This document shows positions 27,633-39,699 of a stretch of 64,000 nucleotides of DNA, in pieces (position 1 is the first letter of the stretch; the number at the start of each line of letters is the position of its first letter). The position numbers and the translations under genes were made by a program. The stretch comes from Ruditapes philippinarum (Eukaryota): NCBI RefSeq assembly GCF_026571515.1, contig NW_026852439.1, forward strand, positions 62,001 to 126,000, given 5' to 3'. Below the pieces are notes generated by a model. That model was given only the letters and a program-made list of their open reading frames with translations, ran no database searches and was not told where the DNA came from.

Positions 27633-28080
27633 TACGGAAGCTTATCAGGGCCTACAGTTGATGAGATGTTTTGCGCTAAGTCGACTTATTTTTAAACGCT
27701 TTGATAATATGTTTTTGCATTTCTCAATAAAATTTACTGACAAAGATGAGAAGCTTTTAGGCATTGCAATTGATTTTTTTTCGATATGCTTGAAGCTTTT
27801 GTCTCTTCGATAGATATCCTGTCGAAACTTCGTGATTTCATGACTTTGCTGAATTATTTAGTAAGACGCAAAGACGCTACTTGCATTGACAAATAGCTCA
27901 CGTAATTCAAGAAAAGTTTTTGGCAATGATTAAAAACCTTTACGTATTCTTCATGGAATGTTTTATGTATTACGTATTAATCATAACAGCTTCATGGAAT
28001 GTTTTTGGTCAAAATGAGAAGAAATAAGTTGACATGACGTGAAACTTTAAGATAAGTGGAGGCCCTGATAAGCTTCCGTA
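27633..28080. mobile_element. Non-autonomous DNA transposon (IS3EU-like MITE), copy 1
   Basis: Perfect 21-bp TIR TACGGAAGCTTATCAGGGCCT; 6-bp TSD GTTTAC (27627-27632 / 28081-28086). TAY..RTA ends with a 6-bp TSD are IS3EU hallmarks. Confidence 0.9.
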
Positions 28081-28267
28081 GTTTACAATTTTAAACGACA
28101 TTGGTGAAACTTAGTAAACAGTATGTTACCGGTTGGAAGTTACCAATATAATGCAGGATAATGCGGGTAATTCAAATTTGCAAAGGTGTTTCATATTATG
28201 CTCTTTTTAACATGACATGGCAAAACTCTCCATTTCTAAGATAATCATTTCACAAACAATAGACAAG

Positions 28268-29898
28268 TACGGAAGCTTATCAGGGCCTCCACTTATCTAA
28301 AAGTTTCTCGTCATGTCAACTTGTTTCTTCTGGTTTTGACAGAAAACATTCGATAAAGACGTTATGATTAATACATAAATCATAAAACATTCAATGAAGA
28401 CGTAATGATATAGAGGATATTTGTTTGTTTGTGTGTAAGATGAAATTTTATTTCATCGAGTGGGCTTTAAAAACAGTATTCTCGCGAGTGGCGTAGCCAC
28501 GAGTGAGAATACTGTTTTTAAAGTTCACGAGATGAAATAAAATTTCATCTTACACAACAAACAGACAAATTTTCTTTTTATTTTATGCTTAAAAACAAGT
28601 TAAAACAAAATTTCCATAATTTTAACGTTAATATTAAAATCTGTTTAACCCATTGAGATCCCCATTTAGACGGAATTTCTCATTAAAAACAAGAAGTCTT
28701 GAGCTGAAAAATAAGTCCGCCAATAAAGGTTAAATGACGGTGATATTTATTCATTTTATTAAAAAAATATGAATGATCGCTTGTTTTAATAATAAAAACA
28801 AACAATTCTTGTAGGAGAAAAAGTCCAACCATCCATCCATATTTCTGTTACTTACTGCGAATTTATATTAGACCTGGCTTTGTAAAATGTAAGCAGCAGC
28901 CATTTTTTAAAGTTGTGTATTTCATGGGAGGAAAATAATTGTGTAAGATTCAGAGGGATATAATTTGGATTTGTTAGTCATACACCTTTTTAAAAGAAAG
29001 AAAACTTATTTGAGGATTGTAACAGACAAACAATAAGTGTTGACAGAAGTGAAAACATTCAGAAAGGGAGCTAGGAAAATGGAAAACTTGGAAGCTTGCT
29101 AAGGAACGCTGGGTTGTTTTACTTATTCTACGAGTGATGGCTGTCAATGCTTTTCAATTTTTCATAAAGCATACGGCAGTTATTGCTCGTAGGATACTTT
29201 AATATGCCCAAATGTCATGAAGAGCAGTTTTGCATGGGGAAGGAATGTATTTTTCAGACTGCAAAAACGAAACAAAAAAAATTAGAGACGAAATTTGGTG
29301 ATTGGAATTTGAATGAATAGAAGTAAGTTTTCTCTCTTTATTACTTTTGACATTTAAGTTATTTATCTATTTCAGCTTTGCTATTTCTTTTAACAGCCTG
29401 ACATTGTCAGAATTGTCAGTAAAAATAAAATTGAGGTACCACATGGGGAAAATCTTAAAAAAGTAGTTTCGTCATTGAAAAAAGTGAAATTATATTTTGA
29501 TAATTTTCACTGTGAAATTATCAAATATAATTTTCACGGATAAATCAGTAATCCACTGAAAAGCATAAAATAAAAATACATAATATGTAGAAGTTTTTAA
29601 TCATTGCAAAAAAGCTTTCTTGAATTACGTGAGATATTTGTCAAAGCGAGTAACGTCTTTGCGTCTTACTAATTTTTTCAGCAAAGTTGTGAAATCAAGA
29701 AGTTTCGACAGGATTTTTGACGAAGAGACAAAAGTTTCAAGCATATCGAGAACAATTTATGTGCAATGCCTAAAAGCTTCTCATCTTTGTCAGTAAATTT
29801 TATTGAGAAATGCAAAAACAGCATATCAATGCGCATAAAAATAAGTCGATTTCGCGCAAAACATCTCATCAAACTGTAGGCCCTGATAAGCTTGCGTA
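28268..29898. mobile_element. IS3EU-like MITE, copy 2 (opposite orientation, with nested insertion)
   Basis: Same TIR with one mismatch at the right end; 6-bp TSD GACAAG (28262-28267 / 29899-29904); body is the reverse complement of copy 1. Confidence 0.9.
28408..29575. mobile_element. Nested hairpin-bearing non-autonomous element (Crypton-like?)
   Basis: Absent from MITE copy 1; ~150-bp palindrome at 28419-28570 centred on gtggc-gta-gccac; internal IR tttattttatgctt (~28577-28590) pairs with terminal aagcataaaataaa (29561-29574). The family assignment is inference. Confidence 0.75.
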
Positions 29899-30058
29899 GA
29901 CAAGAGCACTCTTAAAAATGATTTTTAATCCTTTAACTTGAGAAATCGTTATGCGCCTTTAATTGGTTTCGTATAATTTAGATAACTATTTGCTCCGATG
30001 TAAAAGGACTAATGCCCCAAAACATGAGTTAAACACACTGAGCATGAAACTAGGTATT

Positions 30059-30235
30059 TCCGTGGCAGATTGGTCATGATCGTTCACTTAAAACCACTAG
30101 CCCCTGACCTCTGCGAGTTCAAGACGCGCCTGGAACTATGGATTCATGTTAGAAAACTATCAAGCTAGCCTACGTCGATGGTTCTACTCAAGGATCCGTT
30201 TCGCCTGTAAAAAGGCATGGAGTAGTCATGCGTCT
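30059..30235 (+). mobile_element. Meta-type SINE (degraded)
   Basis: tccgtggcagattggtc...accactagcccctgacc...gagttcaag...gaaaactatcaagctagcctacg...ggttctactc. Confidence 0.7.
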
Positions 30236-30249
30236 CATAAGGATAAAAA

Positions 30250-31520
30250 TCGATACAAATACACTCTGCTAATATGATTTTATTTGCCTTCATATTTTCT
30301 TAAATAATAATTTATAAATACACAAATGTGTTAGAATTGGCACAGAAAAAAAGACTAAAGGTTCCGACTAGTCGATTGATAGTGGCGATATAATGATAAT
30401 TGTAAGTTGTCAAAGATATTCTAACATGACATTTTTACACTTCAGTTGAAATTGTTAAGCAGAGCTTGTGTGTTGTTACCAGCCTTAGTGAGTAAACAGG
30501 TTTTTTGGATTTTTTCATGAGAACATTTTGTAACGAACAAAATATATTTATAGCCTGTTTGTCAATGGATGAAAGTTATATAAGAAACTGTGAACAGACA
30601 TTTAACTATACCAGTCTTTGAAACATTTGACTTTTGAATCGGAACATGTTTTATGTTATGATATAATATATAGTATGATATTTTTAATTGCAATATGATA
30701 TTTTTTTATTTCAATACAAAAATGTTTCTCTTGCATTTAAAAAAATATTTGCATGCAATTTATGGTTGAAAAATAAAACATGCTACACATTTACACAGAT
30801 GCTAAAAAACAATGCATTGTACATGTGTACGTTCTTGTAAATTAAAATAAAGTAGAACAATGAATAAATAAACAAAGAAATTGAAATTTTATTTACAAAT
30901 GTAATTCAAAATATAAGTTAAATGTGAATAGAACTTCAACATACATTGTATGAATGCAAAAGTTTTTTAAAAGTATAAAATTGCTCTAAAAATGCAATCT
31001 AAATTTCCGAAAAAAAACAACAACAACAAAATTATAGGTTACAAAATGTTTTTTCACGTTTAAAGTTCACAAAAGTAAAAATATGTCCTCGATATGAATT
31101 TTGCTTTCAAGATATGCTGCTTACCTATGACAATACAGATAGTTTCTAAGTATACTAAATGCTTAAATTCTAGTTTAAAAAAGGATTCAATATGGTTCAT
31201 CCTTGAAGTATGTAAATTTAATTGATTAGATCAATCAAGATCAATCCTACATCTAATTCACAAACATTCTTAAAAGCGTTGCAATTGTCTACACCTAATT
31301 TAGTGATTTAAGGATTTAAACTTTTCACGTACAATGATTGCTTTAAGGCTTTAAGGAAAAAATGTAATTTCCTTGGAGATATATTTTGACACAAAGAAGA
31401 TTTATGTTTTTTATTAAATTTAACCATGTCTGTAACAGTGTTGCATTTGTAACCTTCTGAACATTTGTAACAGCTTCACTAAAAGTCTAAAATTAATAAA
31501 CCTACATTACTAAAAGTGTT
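30250..31520 (-). pseudogene. TLR LRR ectodomain fragment (paralog of the T3 5' part)
   Basis: 31460-31360 minus is homologous to 9275-9370 plus (NINLLCVKIYLQGNYI); MNHIESF..FKHLVYLETI; FHPLTN; IATIN. Confidence 0.6.
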
Positions 31521-31849
31521 CTTCAGCTTGCAGCTAGCTACAATATGAGTACATACGTACCAAGCTGGGTAAGGGAATTGTATTTTCCTTGCTGATGTGC
31601 TTGTAGACCAATGGTCGCGAGTTCAAAACATTCACATGGGATGGATTTCTTTTTACAGATGTATTTTCATCTTTATGTAAGGAGTTAATTTTCGTAAAAT
31701 AGAGAACGCCCAAAGCGGTAAAATTGATATTGCTGCAGGCTCGGATTAATCGAGCATGTTCATGAACAGTTATGTGAAGTGCAATCTACCGTCCACGCCC
31801 CATAGCACCGTCTTTAGCAGAATTCATCATCTAACATAAAAATGTAAAA

Positions 31850-32700
31850 ATTAAATGCACCCGAAGACGTGTTTAATTTACCTATTAAATTCTATCATAG
31901 TTTACCACAAAGCAGTTGTAAGTTTTTTTTTAATTTGTACAAGTGTGAACCATCGAAAGCAAAATTACACGAAAATTGCAAATTCGGTTTAAAATTTCTT
32001 TGGTTGACAGATCAGTGAGTTGACACAACACTCATTATAAGTATAGGAATACGTACATTTTTATATACTCGAATGAAATGAAACAATTGTTTTGTGATAC
32101 GTGTAAACAAGATTTTGACCATATTTTCGCTGTGACTCAGTACATCAATGATATTATTTTTCTTCGACTATTATGTTATAACAGACTCCATTAAAAATTG
32201 ATTGTTTTCCTACACACGCTTATCACATGATTTTGTTTGAATAAGACACAGTCGGTTTCTTAGTAACACTACTTTCAATGATATCACCTTGATTAATATT
32301 ATTATTAAACAAATCTTCTGGGATGTGTTAACGTTGCAACGGCACGTCACAATTACTATGCAATAAAATAATTTATTGTTAATCATTTTGAGGATTATAC
32401 CCAACATAATGAGGGATGTTGCTCATTTTTTTTCAAATATATTTGTCACAGCTTAGACATTTATAAAGGAAACAAAACAGACTTGGTCAGTCCATGAGAG
32501 ACGGAATGTGCAGAAATCTCTCACGCCACCTAGCACCTGCTTCAGCAGTTTGCAGCATATATTCAATCACGCCAAATAGTATCTAGTTTGATACTTAAGA
32601 GTCGTTCAATCCTGTCTGTCGTGAAAATATTTCAATATAACAAATTATATTTCAGTATAACAAAATATTTCATTACTATGCGATAAAACAGTTACAGTAT
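31850..32700 (-). pseudogene. LRR fragment
   Basis: HIPEDLFNNN / KVISL (~32327-32275). Confidence 0.4.
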
Positions 32701-32769
32701 ATTGGACAAGGCACGAACTTATTTCGATTTCTGCAACGAAAGATAAGCAATAGTAAATCTTTTTTCGAA

Positions 32770-34000
32770 ACTCTAGATTTTCATTTTCTCACATTTTAAG
32801 AACATTTGTGTTTCTTTTAATGAATTTTTTTCTAACAAACTGCTATTCTCTATCAATATGTCATTGGAGTCAGAAACCAGAAAAAAAATAGAAATGATAA
32901 TGTTCAATGTTTGATTTTGGGCCTCTCAGTGATCATTATTAAAACATTATTAAAAAAGTGTGCTTTTCTCAAATCAAATGAAATAAATGAACTGGACGAC
33001 GTTTTAAAAGTGTTCTGTGCAAAAGGCTTTCACACCCCTTTCTAATATATTCAGCCCTATGAAAATCGCATCCTCAATTGTTTCCATACAATATCTCGTA
33101 CACAACAACTTGCACATCAATAATGCTGTAAATCATTGCCTTGCCATATTTAAGTACATTATCTAGATATCTAAGTCATGTGTCGAATATTTCTCGCTTT
33201 CGCGATGATTAGCGAATCTTTTCCAGAAGCTTTTGCAGAAAATACCTTACACTGCATAAATTCTGCATTAAATCCTCAGATAATTATTTCATCTGACAGA
33301 AGTGCTCCAGAAAGTTAATATCTTACAAACCTAGAAGAGTTGCTATCTCGTGCTATGTTTTAGGAATGATCATTATAATAATTTTTTTTTTTTTTTGCAA
33401 TTTCGGAAAAAAAACAATAAATAAATAAAAAAACAACAAAACATAATAGAATAAAAACAAAAAAACAACAACCCTTTGTCATTTAAAAATAAAAAATGAG
33501 TTGACTAAAATGTCATTTTTTTCATTAATCATTCTGGTAAGAGGTAGGTTATTTTAAGACAGTTAAATATCTAAATTGTGTTGACTGATGTGTTTCCAAA
33601 TGTTTTGGAAAAATATTTCAAATGATCGTCGTATGAGTAATTGCAATGGCGTGTGTTTCTCAGCCATATCAAACAATCGCCTGAAGTTTTACACATGGTT
33701 ATTTTAAGACAATTTATTTTATGTAAATTGTGTTGACTGTTGTGTTTCCACATGTTTTGGAAAAAAGCGTGTGTTTCTTTACAATCAAACAATCACCTGG
33801 AGTTTGACATATGACAATCAACATCGTTATATTCCTTACGTATATAATGCAAATATCTGGTTTTATTTTTAAAACCAAATATAAATTGTGAAATTTCAGA
33901 CCGAAAAGTGTCGTCTATGTGTTAACATTTGAACAGAAATAGGCACGTCAGAGTAATCTTTTTTTCTGAAACTGTCTGCATCAAATTGACAATCATTTAT
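32770..34000 (-). pseudogene. TLR LRR fragment T12 (block B; TIR lost)
   Basis: Homologous to the T2/T4 LRR stretch (FLEHFCQM, LRYLDN) and collinear with 52990-53613 plus 57429-57770. Confidence 0.55.
33547..33815. repeat. 150-bp tandem duplication
   Basis: ggttattttaagaca...aaattgtgttgactg...tgtgtttcca starts at both 33547 and 33697. Confidence 0.85.
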
Positions 34001-34129
34001 AATTTCAAATCAGAACAAAAGGAATATGCATTATGATCATCTAATAGTAAATACATAAATTAATAGCCTATTATTGGATAATTTTTAATTATATCAGAAC
34101 TAGGCATATTGTTTTGTACTTCAGAACTT

Positions 34130-37100
34130 ATATTCCAGCCTAATGGTCTCATATTGAGCACATGCATTATTTTACTAAATGATTGTATTTGCTTTGAGTG
34201 CAACACTTTAAATTTGGCCATCCCATCTTCTGCTGAACAATTCACTATTCCAAAATGCATTTTGTATCTCAACTCAATAAATTACAAACTGTCACATCAT
34301 GTTGCAAATTTGATTAGCAGAATACATTACTGACTTTAAATCTTGTTACAAGTAATATTTATGACTTTAATAGAGTTAAATATCCATATATCACAATCCA
34401 CGGATGTTATCCAAAGGCTTTCAGAATAACACTGATCGGAAGTGACATAATGTTTAAGTATTTTTGAATTATATTGCACCTAATCTGAATATGAATTTTG
34501 ATATTCATGAAAAAAGGTATTAGGTGACTTGACAACATTACAAATAAAAAGTATGTTTCTTTTCGCAAAAAAAGTTTAAGTACAACTATAAAGGCTCCTA
34601 GTAAGGTACAATGATCGGAAATTACATGCGATTGTTTTCGCAAGACAGGGTAAATATAGGATTGCATTGTAGGTTCTTAAGACAGGGTTACAGTGACTTC
34701 GTTTATCTACTGTGGACAAAATACCCCCCTCCCAAAAAAATATAACAACCAATTGTGTTATAACTGAAATACATTTAAATATTTTATGTAACTTAAGATG
34801 GCTGAGAGGTTACGACTTCAAATCGCTTTAATTTACTCACCGCTCGTGGGTAGGTTATAATATGCTGCATATATTTTCATGTGAGGAAGCTATCTTTGAG
34901 TTAGCATACGGACTTATTGTGCGGTTACTCAAGACGTCCGAAACTCAAAATTAAGCTGACATAAAGCAATATAATGAGAACAATATCGACGTGACTTACA
35001 AACTTATTAAACAACATATTTTGTGTGCATATAATACATAAGCGTGATACTGCATTGTTTGAAAAGTACAAGTATATTTTTAGCATTTCTTTCTTCCAAG
35101 ATTCGTTGCCACTAGCAGGCCGAGTTTACGATGTTCCAGCTAAACACTATACCTTACGACCTTTATTTCTACTTTTCTGTGACTTACCGTCAGAATGGCT
35201 TTCACAAGATTAAGATCATTGTGAAAATACAATAATTAAAAGACAAACAAATTCAAATTGCATGAATGTTTGGAGATCTTAAGAAAGTAACTGATTTGTT
35301 TGATATTATATTATTATTATGACGTGAAACTACATTACTTTCTTGTATTGAAGAGCAAAACATACCTCTAACGCAAAGCTAAAGGAGTTTAACAAGCAGA
35401 TTTGCAAGTAAGACAGTTTCTTTCTTTTAACATCGTAAATTCATCGAATAAATCCTTCCAGTGATTGGAGATTATAAACCATGAGTAATTTCTTGTCGGA
35501 TCGGGGCAAAATAATCCATGTACAATATCCTGTTTTAAATTTAATCAATCATCTGGAACAAGAACATTTGAAGAATTATTTAAACTAAGACATTTTTATC
35601 AAAGAAATACATTCTTTATGAAAATACGTGGTTTCCAAAATAAGCTTCAGGTATTTACAAACTCGACATATTGCAATGAGTACTGATTTCAACTTCTGTT
35701 AAAGTATTCGCATTGCTCGAAGCATGCATTATGTATCATTCCCATTGCTGTTTTCAGAGAATTGCATCGGTAAAATGGTGTGTATTGATTTCATTAAACT
35801 GTAACTTGAGCTCGCTTGATTTTTATGACTGGCGTAGAAATCAAATTATAATTTATGTCTTGTGTTACGACATTTTTATAGAATTAATCGGTGTTTTAGT
35901 TGATATCCTATCTAATTTCATCTCCGGTTTTATTGTTTTCAGACAATTACCTTTGGTAAATTACCTATTGTGTAATCTTGTAACAGTTTACATTATTTAT
36001 TCATCTATTTATAGACGTGCGAATATGTAAGCATGTTTAATCAATTTTTAAGTTACTTCTCTGAAGTAAATGCACTGGGAAGGGCTTAATTTAATGTTGT
36101 AAGAACTTGTTGCCCAACCTATTTGCATTTTGATAAATACTCATTATTTGTATGATATGTTTTTTAAACATGTTTTAAATAGAAATAGAAATTTTCACGT
36201 AAAATTATCATGTATTATTGAATATGTTTTGTTCACAGACAAAAAAACAAACAATTTCTCTATGAAAACGGATACTTGTTATAACAATTCCTGCTATTTT
36301 TGTTCAGTTGAAAAACATCTTCGAAAAAAAAAAAGAAAGAAAAAAAAGACATTACAAAAATATTTAGGCATATCCGGCATCAAACAAAAACAACTTGTTT
36401 CTTTCTGCAGAAAGGGTAAACATGCTATTTATAATATCTAATGGTGTGAGAACATGTAAAATGCTTAACACTTGATGAAAATAGCTCTTGTTTGAATAAA
36501 TGTATGGCAATGAAGAAAAGTATAAAGAAATTTATATTTTGACTTCATAAAATTTACTTAATCACAATAACTACACTAACTGCCAAATGCGAAAGAACAA
36601 ATGTTGGCTCATCTGTATGACTTATACGTATTGTTTTAAAAACTATATCTGGACACAAAATAGCTTTTAAAAGATAAATAATACTTAGTTACTGTAGTAT
36701 TAACGCACTTTTGACAACATTATTATTTTAAAGAGTATTGCTTGTATTTGTAAAGGTTATCTTCGTACCATAACGGACAAACTGTTGTTAACAAATATAT
36801 CGCAATATTTATAAAATAATAATAAATTTATATACATGCATAATCTATTAATATTCTTCTTCTTTTTTTGTCAAAATAACTGACAAAATGATCAAACACG
36901 AATGGTATTATGAAACATATAAATTAAAAATTAATGTCGAATAAGTATTTCATTTGACAAGCAAACATAATTTACGAACGTATTTATACTTGATGATGGA
37001 GAAATCAACAACAGAACGTAGGATTATTTTACAAATCATGTTTATATCATATATATTATAATCAATTTCTTTTTGGAATATTGAAGTAAAAATGTGACGG
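34130..37100 (+). pseudogene. TLR pseudogene B0 (possibly two fused partial copies)
   Basis: ORF 34109..34333 has LILSTCIILLNDCICFEC...IPKCILYLN (signal/LRRNT-like); PKAFR; MFGDLKKVTDLF (35266); RTFEELFKLRHF (35561); hydrophobic TM-like stretch in ORF 35713..36030; TIR-like FVP* (36761) and EWYYE (36900). Confidence 0.65.
34790..35015 (+). mobile_element. Meta-type SINE (shared with copy C)
   Basis: gatggctgagaggttacgacttcaaatcgc...catgtgaggaagctatc; equivalent copy at 60470-60690. Confidence 0.75.
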
Positions 37101-37399
37101 TTGAAAACAGTATGCATGTCTTGTTGGTTGATCTAAAATTATTAATATAATAATAGGCACAAGCCTCTTTCTGCAGAAATGACAAACATATTTTATAATG
37201 TTATAATTTAAATCAACTTAGAACATGTGAGATGTGAATAATTAAGCTGAAAAAAATAATGTGAACTATTTGCGATGAATGTAGCAAAATGTAGACAAAA
37301 TAGTGTTTTGACTTCATTTTTGTTCTAATTGCCAAAGCTCAAAGTAGCAAAAGGTATTCAGCTTTATGTTTATTGTGTAACTTGCCGGAAAAGTGTAAC

Positions 37400-39520
37400 A
37401 AAGCATGAAAAACTTTTGAGAGGTTAAGATGATGAAATGTAAATTGTTACATCGTAAAAAAAAGAATATGGTTTAATATTTTTTTTTCTCATTTAGAACA
37501 TGTGTGTATACTCCTGTTTGATAATTCATACAAGCGGATCTACTAAATAGCTAGATTAGCAAAACAATTATTTTATCGATGAAATACAGTGAGAAATACA
37601 TATGTTTCCGTAGTCTTTCACATTTTTAAAACAGCAAAAAAAATGCAAAATTGGCCTTTCAACTCAATATGATATTGTTTAGAATTTTCTTTATAAAAGT
37701 GTTATCTCCTCACGTCCCATTCCCGTTTCAAATGTCTTTTGTCTAACCTCTTGATCAAAGCTTCACTGCTGCAAAATAAGAATAGATTTATTTTGTATAT
37801 TGTCTTTGAAATATACATTATTAAATAAGATTACCGCGAAAAACCTCTCATATATTATTTAAACGCATGTCTGCATACAGTCTGATTTCCTGCAGGCAAG
37901 ATTTGTATTTTGAGCTTTTCAAGAAAACGCCGAGACAATTCTAGGGACTCGAAAATGATAAATCACGTTTCAAGCTAGGAAACGTATGAAATAAGCGTGA
38001 ATATCTATCTAGTATATAAATAAATAAAGTATAATAAATATATATATGTATAAACTAACACACTACAATAAATAAGAATTATAGTTCTCTCCTGCAAGAG
38101 GCAAATATTAAGTCGTGTTTTGGCAATTTGTAATCAATCAAATTTGGTTATTTACATTACTCACGTCATAAACAACCGGGTACTTGCCATAAATGTAAAA
38201 AAAATAAAATAAATGTGTATCTGTCTCTTTTATTTATAACATTTTTAAACAATCTATTGGAAGTTAAGATTTGTAAGATTATAGTAAAAGTTTTGAATAT
38301 TGTCTAGAAATATAATATATTTGTCTTGTAATTTAAGTTTGTATTGCATATAGCTTTATATCAAGCGGATTACAAGAATTTTTGGCTTTGAACTGAAGGA
38401 AACCTTTAACTAATGTATCCGAAATGTTGAATTTCATTGTAAAGCTATTTCTGATACATGACGTTAACACAATGCAAAAAACCCTACATGTATAATATTT
38501 TGGTAATGGTTTTACTCGCTGGCAACAAACTGTTCAATAATTAATAGGAAAAATGTAAGTTTCGTCAAAAATATGTTAACAACATTGATACGTACTTTTT
38601 GGAAAACACATCAGTTTTGTATAAATGAGACCACATTATCACCAAGATTCCAGACAAGAGTAAATTCAGTGATAAATTACATAAATCCTATTTCTGTGAA
38701 AGTATATCTCCATAGAAATTGGTTATTTCCTTTTTTGTCTGGTGTAAAAATGCAACAGCAATTATCGAAATTGAAATTCACAGTGGCATATCTCTATAAA
38801 TTAGGTGCATGCCATTCAAAAGCTTCCTAAGATTTCCGGGGAATAAGAAGTGGCACTCATTTTGATTAAAATTTCTGCCGCCTTTTATGCCACTTTTAGC
38901 AAATATATTTGTGCAGTTTTTTTTTATAAAAAAAAGTTATATTTGAACGATTTTGCTTATTAGTTTGTACTTTGTATGATTCAATTGTTTAATATTACTT
39001 TTTTACCTTATATTAAAATAATTGACATATTAGACTCATGCCATACCATAGAGCTTGTGCACTTACACATCTTTTGTAAACTGCTTAGAATTATATACGA
39101 ATATTAAATGTGATGACATTCCATTATAATACTGATTCACCATTGCGGCGATCATTTTATTTAATTGGTTATTATTTTTTAATAAAGATCCTATCACTTT
39201 TCAATACATTGTATATAAAAGTATTTTAAGTGAGATAGACTTGTTTCCAGATGCATGCCACAGAAATAACTTATTGTTTTAATATTTTTTCTCCAGATTT
39301 AGTGTCATGCAGATATAGATAGCCATAATAATAAGTATAAGTAGTTTATGTCTGTCACATGTACATAGCCTTCCTGTGAAAATCAAAAAGAAAATCTTTT
39401 GTTTGTCATTTATTGTTGATATACTTGCTTGTTTATGAGGTAAAATAAAGAAAGTGTGATCGCACTTTAATCGTAAAATTTGTTTTTTTATACAATCATT
39501 CAACATAATGACAACATAAA
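37400..39520 (+). pseudogene. TLR pseudogene B1 (paralog of A1 and C1)
   Basis: INETTLSP and NP..CE (ORF 38573..38830 region); FRG..THFD; *HIRLMPY (39023-39046); box2-like EIDLFPD; LCLSHV (39346-39363). Lacks the segment equivalent to A ~655-1385. Confidence 0.8.
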
Positions 39521-39699
39521 TTTGTCAAAAAAAATTACCAGACACAATCTTTTAATGCATTAAGGCAATGCCATAAGACATACAAAATAAATCTTTTAAA
39601 AACTTTGTTCAATTAATTTAATGAGTTAATTGCTTATGACATGAAATGAATTGATGTATTTCTATTCCCCTCATATAACTGATTAATATCGGCAATAAC

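Larger units (their letters stand above)
26400..30040 (-). pseudogene. TLR pseudogene T11 interrupted by two IS3EU-like MITEs
   Basis: LRR NTFANLNY in the 187-bp spacer 28081-28267; TM SVLATFVIFG..VMILGLSALTV followed by RYRHF (~27265-27172); TIR-like EYVGLKL (~26933-26912). Confidence 0.6.

Noticed and set aside
27619-29872. Similar ORFs 27619..27813 and 29678..29872 as a duplicated small gene
   Set aside because: Both lie in the two MITE copies; the similarity reflects the repeat.
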